A DNA stretch of 64,000 nucleotides, taken from Botryllus schlosseri. Its lineage: Eukaryota. The stretch lies in assembly GCA_051294905.1 (NCBI GenBank), contig CM119372.1, positions 34,040,001-34,104,000 of the forward strand, in the 5' to 3' direction. Below the pieces are notes generated by a model. That model saw nothing but the letters and a program-made list of their open reading frames with translations, searched no databases and was not told the origin of the DNA. Both the position numbers and the translations under genes were made by a program. Shown in pieces: positions 12,843-24,444 of the stretch (positions within the stretch are counted from its first letter, which is position 1; each line of letters starts with the position of its first letter).

Positions 12843-13904
12843 ATCCATAGCCCATCTTAGTACCAGCCGGCTGCAGTGTCGTTGTTTTACTCCAGTTGCC
12901 ATTAGGAAGAAGTCGGTGTCATCGTAACCCGATTTCGAGAAGGCAATAAGTCTACTAAGTTCAGAGTTTTATGGAAAATTATACCCAAAACACAGTTATT
13001 CACAGAAGCGAAAACGCCAATGCGAAGCCGCTATATGCAGTTTATATGTAAAAATATATTGATTTATACAACCATATAATCCAAATATCTGTGGTTGCAC
13101 TGCGGTGACACTTTCGGCTTAAAAGGTGCCACTGCCCAGCCTCCAGTCAAATCCGAATCGAGATTTAAGATTTATTATGAACCAAATTCCAACGTCTGCG
13201 TTTACTGTTCAATCTCTTGTATTCCTCACCCATCTTGCGCAGGGCTGACTCCAGATTACGACTAAAGGAGACGAAGCATAGATATATGCCAACTTATATC
13301 GTCGTTAGCGCCAGTGTTTTGGCGGTTTATATCCGTATTCAACCGGCCAATCATGGTATTTTTGCCAATTTCATGGTCCGCGAATAAAATGTTGCTGCTT
13401 GTTAGAATAAAACCCCTATGATCCGTGGTACAACGTAAAATACTATTATGTCTATATACTTGATAACAAAGTGAAAAAATAGAGAATCAGGTAACATTTT
13501 CGAATTAGTTGACTGGTGCGGCCCGCGAGTGATTTGAAGGCTCGTATCTGGCCCGCGACGCAATTTGAATTTGACACCCCTGGTTTAAAGGATTGATAGA
13601 TGTTAACCGGTACTGACGAAATTGCATTTAATCGCGACATTTCGATTCATCTGGTGTGATGCACAGATTTGAAGCAATATTTCGTTGTCATAACAATCAT
13701 TTGGAAATAAAAATTCTTGAGAACGAATGGTATAGCAATACGAATCACCGGTTTGACCCGAGTACATCGCTACACCTACTCGCACCTTGGCGAGTTGACC
13801 TTAATTGAGCCATGTTAACCAATGATCCGAAAGATGTAAATTTGTGAGTGTCATCTAGGGCATGACGTACTCTAAGTAGGTCTATATATACAAGAGCAAA
13901 TAAG

Positions 13905-13942
13905 TATAAAAGTTATTTACTTTGGTGGACAAAACAATCAGT
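13905..13942 (+). promoter_or_regulatory. Candidate core promoter (TATA plus Inr-like) for secreted-peptide gene A
   Basis: TATAAAAG at 13905-13912 and TCAGT at 13938-13942, about 45 bp upstream of the ATG at 13986. The spacing is slightly longer than canonical. Confidence 0.45.
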
Positions 13943-13985
13943 GTGCAAACAATTTGGTATCACAATCGCTACAAGGCCAGGAAAT

Positions 13986-14943
13986 ATGCGAGTCAAACTG
14001 ATGGTGTTCATCACCATTGCCACCCTTTTGACCAACGGGACATGTTCGTCCGATACTGAAGAAAGTAACAGATATCGTTCTGACGGTTTGTAAATGATAA
14101 GTTCGACATCAACTGAAAACGACAAATTGCAAGTAATTCCAGGTGCACATGGTGGTGAAATTACCCCTGTGAAGTGGTCTGCTGCGGCAAAGAATAAACT
14201 GCAATCGGAAATATCTTACCGTCATGAAGACCGCATGGCTGGCAGAGAGACACGGTAAGCAAATATAGGCCCTACCCGAAGCGACATTTCTGCGCAACTC
14301 ATTTGCAGAATATTTTCGCATAACGTAACTCGAAGGTCTCGAGATCTTATTCAACAGTTATTCTCCCATTATTTAGTCAGTCGGATACTTAATTTCATTT
14401 TTTCCCTTCATTTTAAGAGCATGGCCTTCTATAAAAGCAGGAACATCCCCCCTTCATAAAATGTACCGAGTTTTCATTCTCCGGAGAAATAGATCTCCAA
14501 TTATCGGCGATCCCATTGTGGTTAAAATTGAATAGTAGATTCATATTGAAATACACCCGCATATTTCGACTGACACTCGTCAGGGATACTCGTCAGCAAA
14601 TAATAGAGAATTGGAAATAACATTGTATAACAGCAATCGCATAACCAAATCTGACGTCACCAGCATAAAAAGAATAATTGAGGCGAAGAGATCGCTTAAC
14701 GACAATGTAATATTTACATGGTAGCGTACTCGAACTTCTTCTATTGGCACAAACTAGGTTGGTATATTTTGATACAAATGGGTAAAATTAGCTCCACAGA
14801 TGATACTCTGAAATTATGCGGAAAATGTAATTCGATTTATGCCACACCCTCATTTTGTCATCACAACTAGAATGGTTATGAAGTTCCTATATTTATTTTC
14901 TTCTACTTGCAGCTATCATCCCGATGTACCCGGATGGCCTTAG
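13986..14943 (+). CDS. Predicted small secreted protein, gene A (copy 1); ~80 aa if spliced 13986-14085, 14143-14254, 14913-14943
   Basis: Signal-peptide-like start MRVKLMVFITIATLLTNGTCS-SDTEESNRYRSD. The in-frame TAA at 14091 lies in a possible 57-nt GT..AG intron. There is a strong donor CACG|GTAAGC at 14254 and an acceptor TTCTACTTGCAG| at 14912. It could instead be a pseudogene. Confidence 0.5.
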
Positions 14944-16024
14944 TTAACCTATGACGAAGCGACAAAGGATTAAAAAAATAGCGATTGTTCCAAGTCCAAC
15001 GATAATATTTGATGTAATTTTGATGCTACACATGGAACAAAGTATATTGTCGCAAATTTGACTGGCTATTTCGGTTATCCGGGGCGTCGCAGGTTAATTG
15101 CGGGAATAAGGTGACTCTCACGTCCTTCGTGTCCAGAGATTCAATGATGGTTTACCTATAGCATAGTGACGTGCGTTCGAAGGACGTCTCACCTGTTGTC
15201 ATGACCGCAAAAGAAAATTGTGAAAACTTTCAATGAGGGATTGGTATTATTCTACCGATGTTAATGAATGACTAATCCTGAACATGTTTACACGCAAGAT
15301 GATGCGATTTACATATTTATTGTTCACAAATACTGAGAGAAGAGAGACGTGGTGCACAGACGAAACAAGCCTAATCTGTGTTTGCGCAAATACTCGTCAA
15401 GAGCGCTGAATTTATAATTCATTGTTTTAATCAAATGCCATTATTACACTGATTTCGAAGATCAAGTAATATTAATTACCAATCGCCAAAACAGCAGGAC
15501 CCCCTTGTAATTTCCATGAAGTTTGGAATTTTTTTTTCTTGCGTTCAATGACTACGCAGTGACTCAATAAAACTTGAGATAGAAATTTATACACCTTGCC
15601 AATTGTTCGTTATCAATCCAACAAGCGCAGAACATTGAAACAATGCGCTATCGGTTATCGACAGAGATAGTCAAAGCAGTCAAGAATTCAGTGCATGTAT
15701 TCAAACATTCTCAAGGAATTTCGAAAGGTAATCATAAATACTATCTCATGGGCTGTCACAGGCCGCAAATTGACCTATGAGAACTGTGCAGAGAACTGGA
15801 TTCGTGTTGCTACATCCTAAGATGTCTAAATCTTCAATGGCATAAAAATTCGACACCATCATCTGAAGTAAGTTTTGTTATATATAACAACGGCTCTTAA
15901 CCTTTTTTTTTAGCTCATCTCCCTTTCCAGAAATGTAATATTAAGGTTCCGTCCACCGTAATACAATCCCCGTGACGATGAAGCTGAAATGGGGCATATC
16001 GTAAAGATGTAGGCCTATTTACGA

Positions 16025-16978
16025 CAGGGGTGTCAAACAAACGGCCCGCGGGCCGCCAGACGATTTCATCCGGCCCACGAAGCAATTCTGATTAGATTGA
16101 AAACTGCTTATGTTTTCCAGCACATTTTTAACTAATGTTGAGATCTTATTTAAGGAAATACTTCCATTTAAATAATCCCAAAAGGCAGCGAATGCCGACA
16201 ATGGTAATTGTTCAAGGTTACATTTTAACCACCCCGACTGCAGGTTTGTGGTTTCACTCTAGACTTACCACTTGGAACAATTCGGTGACTTTGATACTCG
16301 ATTTCGAGAAGGCAAAAACGAGCAGACTGACATCAGACTTTTATGGAAAAACGGACCGAAATGCAGTTATTCGCAGAAGCGAAATCGCCAATGCGGAATC
16401 GTTTTTTTGCAGTTTACATGGATAATATATTACTTATATACAAAAATACATTTTAGATATCCGTGTCGTTACTGCTATGTTACTTCTGACTCAAAATGTT
16501 CCCTGACTCCAGATAAACCAGAATCGCGATTTAGAAAAAATGAAACAAATTCGAACGTCCGCGTTTGCGGTTAAATCTCTTGTGGTCCTCACAATGCATG
16601 GGCAGGGCTAACACCTGAAAGAATAGGGAGCATTGAAATATACCATCTTATATTGTAATTAGCGCCACTATTTTAGCCATTCATAACTGTATTCAGCCGG
16701 CTAGTCATCGGATTTTGGTCAATTTCATAATTCGCGAATATAGGTGTTGCTACTTGCTACAGTAAAAAAAACCTGTGATCCATGACATAGTAAAAAAAAA
16801 ACTGTGATTCATGACACAATGTGATATAGGCTACTATTATCTTTATCAAATATTGAAGTATTCGAGTGAAAAGCAATGACATGAGGTAACAATTTTTGAA
16901 TCAGTTGATTGGTCCGGCCGGCAAGCGATTTGAAGGTTTGAATCCGGCCCGCGACGCATTTTGAGTTTGCCACACCTG
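16025..16978 (+). mobile_element. Uninterrupted family B hAT-type MITE (also at about 37331-38283 and 59049-60001)
   Basis: TIRs CAGGGGTGTCAAAC / GTTTGCCACACCTG; exact 8-bp TSD ATTTACGA at 16017-16024 and 16979-16986. Confidence 0.92.
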
Positions 16979-17895
16979 ATTTACGATATATAAATATATG
17001 AAAATTTATCCTTAGAAATAGGAGCATTCAAACAGCAAATTTCAGTTGATAATATGACAGCAAAAATTATCTAAAATCCCATTCAAGTGCTGTAGGAGTA
17101 GGCTACATCAAATTATAGCAATGACGATAATGACTTCTTAAAACATTGCAAAAAATTGATATGCATCCGGTACAGCACATCAAACCTTCTCTATTCATTA
17201 GATCAACAAACAGAACTTAAATTTTATTGACCTCAAAAAAGTGATGGTTAAAACTACGAAGCAAAATGTCGATTGTAGATGCAAGGGATCAAATGGGTTT
17301 GGTGATAGAAACTTTTAAGTAATAATAGGGCTAATACCAGCAAGCATATATTGCCTTCGATAAAACTGATTCCTAATCTTCAGTACTTCTGGAGTCATTA
17401 TGTGCGTGCAACTATAATATGTCCATTCCATACCCATTTCCTCGGCACATTGTACAAATGGCGTCATTTCTGGCAGATAGTGGGTGCGGCGGGATATTTG
17501 CAGGGCATGCTGTCAGTCAGGATTTCACACATTCAGTTTGTAAGATCAATCCATCTCAGCTTACTTAATGCCTACATCACACTGTTAATTTAAGATCCAT
17601 AATCGCTCTTGATCCTGCTCTGATATCATTGTGAAGCACGCCATTTAAAGCTTTGTGATACAGCTCAACTTATTTGCGATGAATGCTGCAAAATGTTCGC
17701 ATGATAGAAAGGATATAAAGGGACGCAAACGCCCAGTGAACTTCTTTACATTATGTACTGCAGCAGACTAAGCTGACCAAGCCTATGATTAATCGATGAA
17801 ATTGCACTGAGAAACTATATAACCTCGGAAATAAAATCATCGTCATGGAGTTAGGTCAGCTGCTGCAAATAACTGAACATGGCTCGTGTACCGAT

Positions 17896-18088
17896 CAATG
17901 TTCCCTCTAAGCTGCGCACGTTCGCAATTTCGGACTGCCGACACGGTCTCTGCGCACATAAAATTTAAGCTGCGCACAAAAATTCCGAAATGATGACCTT
18001 TTTCTAGTCGTTATGCACTGTTTTCTAAGGGACCGCGCAGTGAGTTGGTGAGTGCGCGCAGACTCGTGAAAAATTAGAGGGAACATCG
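17896..18088. mobile_element. 193-bp hAT-type MITE
   Basis: TIRs CAATGTTCCCTCTAA / TTAGAGGGAACATCG; exact 8-bp TSD GTACCGAT; GCTGCGCAC subrepeats. Confidence 0.92.
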
Positions 18089-19565
18089 GTACCGATGCAG
18101 ATTCTATTAGAGGGCGCACTGGGTATATTTTCCCTCACTTGTCTTGAGATTCGCAGGCCTGTGTTGTGACATAACGAGTCCAATTTCCGTTTTGTAGTCG
18201 GATAAGTGGTTCATAAAGTGGTCGCCAGCGTCCGGCTGGGTGACGTTTACGACCTCGAATGGGGTTGATAGCTACAATTTGGGCGGTCGGGGGCGCTGAG
18301 AGTAAACGTAGGCTGTTTGACCTATGAGTAACTGTTTGGGTGAGTCCTTGAATTAGAGCTCTCTCTGTGCGCCAATGTAAGATTTATGAATTCATGATCA
18401 CGTCGTTCACGGTCGTACAAGGTGGATTCAATCGAAAATCGTCACGCACGCTCTCCGCATATGTTCATTGTGAAGGAGGATTGAGTGTTCTAACTGACCA
18501 AACAATCAATCAAACAACGAATAGACTAATTATTGTAGTGACACTTATTGTACGATTGTTTTCACTGACTGTGTCTGTCCGGAAATTCGTACAAAAAGGG
18601 ACAGATCAACGCGAAAAATCTATGCGACAATGCAGTGACTGTGCAATGAGCCAAATACCTTTTTTTTGGGGGGGGGAGCAGGAAGGGGCTAGGGACTGTT
18701 CGATACCTGGTTTGCTGTGGAGGTGGTCGATGTGCAGAAAAAGTTTGGCAAACACTGCTCTAGTATAACGGGCTGATTACCAACGTCCAAAACAGGCAGG
18801 CAGGTTTTCCCAAGCATATAATTGCAATAATATTGCACGTGCCTAGCCCAAGGAACTGAACGAGATCATTCCGACGGTGTCTAGATGCGCATAACTTGCT
18901 GGCGGCTGGAATAAAACGACTCTTATATTTCTAGTCTAGGAGCAATGGTTCCCAACCGCCTGTCCGTGGCAGCTTCCTGCCGGTCCGCCAAATGAACAAT
19001 AATATTATATACCAGTTCCAAAACGCGAGAAGTTGTGCATTATTAAAGAAGTACGACTTCAAATTTTAAATTGATTCAGGGTATTTCTGCATAGTGTCGT
19101 AATAGGGAGCTCATTGTCTACTTTGGTCGTACGTCACAATCAGGACCATAACCGCCGCACCCCAAACCCCCCAACAAATATCGCCTACATGTAGCGCGGA
19201 AAACGTATGTCACGGCGGGGGTAGGGGGTGTGGAGGGCCTAAGACCAACATTTTGGGGGTGGCTGACGAAGTGCTGTTTCAGCGCTGGTCATAATGATGC
19301 AAGTGTTGTGCGAAACTGTTTGAAAGTAGCCTACTACTTCGAACAAGTTACGGAGATTTTTTAACAAACTTCGTTAATTTCCGACAGCGCAATCAAGCGA
19401 CACTTCGCAGTATAATAAAATCTATAGGAGGGGTGGACAGACCTGCTTCATGTGCGAACCTCATAAAAAAATCTTAATTTTAAGAAAGCCACAACCACAA
19501 CAAAAAAAATTCAAAAATACGAATTCATTTCGTCATACAGAAATGTGGGGTATCGAATGAAGTTT

Positions 19566-19894
19566 ACTATAGTGTGATGATATGGTGCGTCTCCATCTGG
19601 GCTGCAAGGTGTTTGAAATCAGGCTGATATGATGTTGAATCAGTGCGGAGCAATTCCTTCAAGTTATAATAAGCATTTAAGGTAGATTTCAGCTCGGTAA
19701 TCACAGTACTTCGTAAATCCGTCTTCGTTTCAAGTTACTAGTTTTGTAATTCTTAGGCGGATTTTGATAGATAAGACACATTGGCTTATACCTTCATTAT
19801 CACTGAATGCAAACTCTTCCTCTCATTCTGTTTTGCAAGGTTTATATTCCTGTTCATACTTTCTTTTATTTTTGCAATTATCGCTCAACGACAT
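19566..19894 (-). pseudogene. Fused N- and C-terminal remnants of a GTF2IRD2/SPIN-type hAT transposase
   Basis: The minus strand reads MSLSDNCKNKRKYEQEYKPCKTE*EEEFAFSDNEG/KPMCLIYQ..KNYKTSNLKR (zinc-finger N-terminus), then NLKELLRTDSTSYQPDFKHLAAQMETH (typical C-terminal tail). The catalytic core is absent. Confidence 0.75.
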
Positions 19895-20011
19895 TTTCTT
19901 GGTCAAACTCTGCAGTTATTGCTACCCTTTACAATGAAAATAGAAGATCCGTATTCACCATCTTTAGCCCAGAAATGATGTGAACTGCGCTGCCGTGGTT
20001 AACCGTTGAGC

Positions 20012-22984
20012 CATAGTGTCCTATATGGTGTCGACACAAGCAAATCGCACGGTTCAATGAAATTGTATCACGTCACAGTTTCCATTTGGCTACAGGCAAT
20101 TTGACGGTGATTTTTGCCCGACTTGCCGAGCATTAAATTTGATGAAGCGGGTATCAATCGAAAGCTGACGCTGTACTGCTTGCGAAAATATAAATTTCAT
20201 TCCACTCATGGCCCTGGAACCCCCACAATCTGCCCCAAATTATTCATTGTCTAGTAGATTGGCAGTGTGACGCAACAATGATGTCTGGCGAAACGAGAGA
20301 CTAGCTCAAGAGCAAGGATGCGGCCGAGCGGCGAGAGTGGGATCAGCTGACGTCGCGGCAATAGCAATGTGCAACCGCGCCACAGAGAAACGCTGCGCTG
20401 TTGATACTTTTTCTATGCGTTCCGGTACAAGCGAGCACACACCAGCCTTTCCTTGACTTGTAAGGGTAGAACTGGGTCCACGGAATGTATTAGGGCCCTA
20501 CCAATTTTCGCGCAATATCCTTCAGCTGATAGAGATATGTAGTCTACATTGGATATGTCAGATTATTATGATATCGATTGCCTTAGCCCGCTTGTTGCGT
20601 AAGGCTCCAGAGCAGACTTGGACAACTAGATAATTCTAGTTGTCTAATTTCACTAAATTAGGGCGAAATGCCAGTAATCTAATTCTAATCTAATTTGTGA
20701 AATGTTTCCATGCTCTAATTCTAATTCTAATCTAATTTGTGAAATGTTCTTATGCTCTAATTCTAATTCTAATCTAATTTGTGAAATGTCCCTATTCTCT
20801 AATTCTAGCTCTAATCTAATTATTGTTTTAATGAAAATGCTTCTTTGTCCGAGGCATATTGCACTTTTGCGCAGGGAAATCCAGTGCCAAGCCGCCATCG
20901 CCTTACTTACACCGTGCAGTCATAGTAGATATTATGACGAATAATAGCCTGCTAGAGTAGCTTGTAGTCTGCGAACAAAATTCTAGTTTTTAAAACTTTA
21001 CGTTAGTACATCGCCGTTCTGACTAACATGGGCGATGTCCATGGTTATTATGAAGAAGTAATATTGTATTGGTGTACAGAAGTTAATGGGAATGCACTGA
21101 TGTTGTTGTTGTTGTTTATTGAACAAAAATATGTGGCGCTTATCGCGTGACGGCCTTTTGCACCACGCACTGTGATTTGATATGAACTGGATTTTGCTGT
21201 GTTCATTTCCCATATACAATTTCATTCAATTTCCAATTTTTTGCGAACTAAGTAGCTCTAATTCTAATTCTAATCTAATTTGGAAAAAACTTAGTAGCTC
21301 TAATTCTAATTCTAATCTAATTTGGAAAAAGCTGTGGAGCTCTAATTCTAATTCTAATCTAATTTGGAAAAACTGTGTAACTCTAATTCTAATTCTAGTC
21401 TAATTTGAAAAAAACTATGGAGCTCTAATTCTAATTCTAATCTAATTCAGAAAAGCTGAAAATTTTCTAGTTGTCCAAGTCTGCTCCAGAGATGCGTGGC
21501 GCTGTTGATACTTTTTCTACGCGCTTCGCTAAAAGCGAGCACACACCAGCCTTTCCTTGACTTGTAATGGTCAACTGGGTCCACAGAATGTATTTGGTCC
21601 CTACCAATTTTCGCGCAATCCTTCAGCTGTTAGAGATATTTCTAGTAAGAAAAATATACTTTCAAGTAATAAGATTCACTCAAGACAGCAAATTTAGATA
21701 ATGTAAATATATCATATTGTAGTAATACAACTACAGTGTTGAGTTTTCACTCTAGTCCCCATAAGCACCACGTCGGTGACCTTGCCAAATTCCGAGAAGG
21801 CGAAAAAGTGCAAACTCTGTTGGGCCGAATGGACAATGGACATTCAGTTATTCACAGATGCGAAAAAAATACTGCAAATCCGTTTTAGGTAAGTTACATT
21901 AGGAATATATATACAGACTACAGAATGAGTATAATTCAAATATCTGTGATACCACTGTATTACTTTTGACGCAAAATATCCCCGGCATTCAAAAAAACTA
22001 TTTGGTGATTGAAAAATGCTAATCCAAATTCCAACGTCAACGTTTATAGTGATATCAGATATATTCCAATGAAAAACAAAGGTATGAATTTGGTGCTAAC
22101 ATTTTGGAATCATTTGGCAGGTATGGCCCGCAAGCTTTCTAGTAACGGATTGAATCCGGACAGCGATTCCAGTTTAATTCGACACTCCTGCTGTTAAACT
22201 TTATTCAACAATCAACATTTTACCTGCTGCATTCGCGGACCAAGTCCTACCCATACGGATCAAATAAAAGCTTGTAATGTATGCTCATGCTCAATGCTCC
22301 TTGCTCACACTTAACCATAAAAGCGACTATAGAAAGTATCTACACCCGCCATCAACAGCGCGACGTGTCTCTGGAGCCCTACGCAACAAGCGGGCTAAGG
22401 CAACCGATATCATAATAATCTGACATATCCAATGTAGACTACTTAGACGTAGCCTACATATCTTTATCAGCTGAAGGATATTGCGCGAAAATTGGTAGGG
22501 CCCTAATACATTCTGTGGACCCAGTTCTACCCTTACAAGTCAAGGAAAGGCTGGTGTGTGCTCGCTTGTACCGAAACGCATAGAAAAAGTATCAAAAGCG
22601 CAGCGTTTCTTTGTGGCGCGTTTGCACATCGCTATTGCCGCGACGTCAGCTGATCCCACTCTCGCCGCTCGGCCGCATCCTTGCTCTTGAGCTAGTCTCT
22701 CGTTTCGCCAGACCGCATTGTTGCGTCACACTGCCAATCTACTCGACAATGAATAATTGGGGGCTGATGGTGGGGGTTCCAGGGCCGCGAGCGGAATAAA
22801 ATTTATATTTTCGTAATCAGTGCAGAGTCAGCTTTCGATTGATATCCGATTCATCAAATTTAATGCTCGGCAAGCCGGTCAAAAATCACCGTCAAATTGC
22901 CTGTAGCCAAATGGAAACTGTGACGTGATACAATTTCATTGAACCGTGCGATTTGCTTGTGTCGACACCATATAGGACACTATG
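20012..22984. mobile_element. Foldback element with ~600-bp TIRs and 7-bp TSD (Galileo/P-superfamily-like), non-autonomous
   Basis: Termini CATAGTGTCCTATATGG / CCATATAGGACACTATG; arms about 20012-20612 versus 22367-22984. The TSD GTTGAAC is exact on both sides in copy 2 (GTTGAGC/GTTGAAC in copy 1). Confidence 0.88.
20613..21483. mobile_element. hAT-type MITE with CTCTAATTCTAATTCTAATCTAATTT arrays, inserted in the foldback left arm
   Basis: TIRs CAGACTTGGACAACTAGA / TCTAGTTGTCCAAGTCTG; exact 8-bp TSD CTCCAGAG at 20605-20612 and 21484-21491. Confidence 0.93.
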
Positions 22985-24444
22985 GTTGAACACAATGATT
23001 TATCATTGATTCATGAACATGACCACGACCATGCACCATTGGTGCGGGTGAAACGTTCATGTGGAGTCGATTTGAGCGTTCAATTGCAACTTTCTAACCC
23101 TGTATAGTCCCACCGTTCTCTCAATTTTACATGTGTTACATAAACTATAAGGAAAGACGACACGAAAACCCTACAGATGTCGTTAATACGTGATAGAATG
23201 CATAAATTTGATAATCAGGTTAAATCTCTCTAACAAAATGGCGAAACGCATGAGCAAGTACATTGTATACATTGTACAATCAATGAAGAGACGTAATCGA
23301 AGCCTAACATCCGCAAGCGTCTGGTGAGCCGCAGTTTGCCCATCCCTGAGCTATAGCAATCATTAAAGTCGCATTTCTTTTAAAGGATACTGGACATTTA
23401 CAATCAAGTTTGTGCTGTTCAACTTAGGGATACCATATGTCCTTAGCCGGACTTCGCGAGCTTCGTTAGCAGAAACTTCTATAGAATGATGTATGCCTTA
23501 TAAATATCTGATTTTAAAGGGCAGCGTTAAATAAAGTTTTAAATATTACATTTGAGTTGCGTGCATTTGTTGTAATTAGATTTAGAGTTTGGGGCCCTAG
23601 GGGACGCGTAACACGGTTTGGAAAACCTTGTTCAACACCATTGTCTTTAGTACAACATTAAAATAACGGGGCGCCCAAACAAGAATAGTCCTAGGGCAGT
23701 GGTTCCCAAGTGAGGGGGGGGGGAATTCCCCCCTTGGGGGAATTTTGAAATTTTTAGGGGGGAATCTGGTTTAAATTTCTTAGGGGAAATCTGACTATGG
23801 CATTGTATTGGAAGATGCACTGGGTTCGCAAGGTTTTCAGAATTTTATGGTGTAGAACTGTTAAGTAGAAATTAGTTCTTTGCAATTGTATGTTTCTTTG
23901 GCGGATTTCAAGCTAGGTGTATATTTAAAAGCCTTCCGTAGATATTACACCCCCTGATAAAGTCGAGGCTCACGAGGCGATTTCGTTGTGTCAGCGACAG
24001 CCTCTCGACCAAATTGTTACTAGGCAGGAAAACGTCGAGCCGAATTCAGCACAAGGCCGCTAGTGAAATTGTTTAACTTTTTAAACCAACATATGAGCTA
24101 ACGGGAAAAACATACCGTACCAAATTCATCGATTCAACTCAAGTCCATAGCAAGCGGACTTGTTGATTTATTTTTCGTCAGCGGCTACCCGACCGGGCAC
24201 ACACAGGTCAAATTTGACTGTACTGACTGACTGGGGGTAGGGGGGGGGGGGGGTGCATGTAAAAGAGTATACGACACACTGATCATGTTTGTGTTCTGCT
24301 TTGCAAATCAGTTCGATTGATACTCTATTCTAATCGAAAGTAGCGGAAACGTTGATCACTAGTTGGGCCAGTTGTAGATGTACTAATGTTCTCGTTCATA
24401 ATAGATAAAACCCAATTTTCTTGGTGACTCGTATTGCGGAAACG

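Larger units (their letters stand above)
9868..13582 (+). mobile_element. hAT-type element (family B, CAGGGGTGTCAAA TIR) expanded by two nested MITE insertions
   Basis: TIRs CAGGGGTGTCAAA (9868) and TTTGACACCCCTG (13582); exact 8-bp TSD GTTTAAAG at 9860-9867 and 13583-13590. It is colinear with the uninterrupted copy at 16025-16978. Confidence 0.92.
19428..23348 (-). mobile_element. Internally deleted hAT transposon of the SPIN/Charlie (GTF2IRD2-like) group, hosting a foldback insertion (copy 2 at about 40746-44666)
   Basis: Degenerate TIRs GAGGGGTGGACA / TTGCCCATCCCTG; TSD ATCTATAG / AGCTATAG; contains transposase remnants. Confidence 0.75.

Noticed and set aside
12314..12902. ORFs with MTRVES and RLRLRL repeats
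   Set aside because: These are translations of the GACTCGAGT and GTAATC subterminal MITE repeats.
17200..17880. Possible LINE C-terminal Cys/His region on the minus strand
   Set aside because: Too degraded to assign by eye; it needs BLASTX.
20670..21450. Regularly spaced CTCTAATTCTAATTCTAATCTAATTT repeats resembling a CRISPR array, and the SNSNSN/LELELE ORFs
   Set aside because: The spacers are only about 10-13 bp and similar to one another, there are no cas genes, and the arrays lie inside a MITE with TIRs and an 8-bp TSD.
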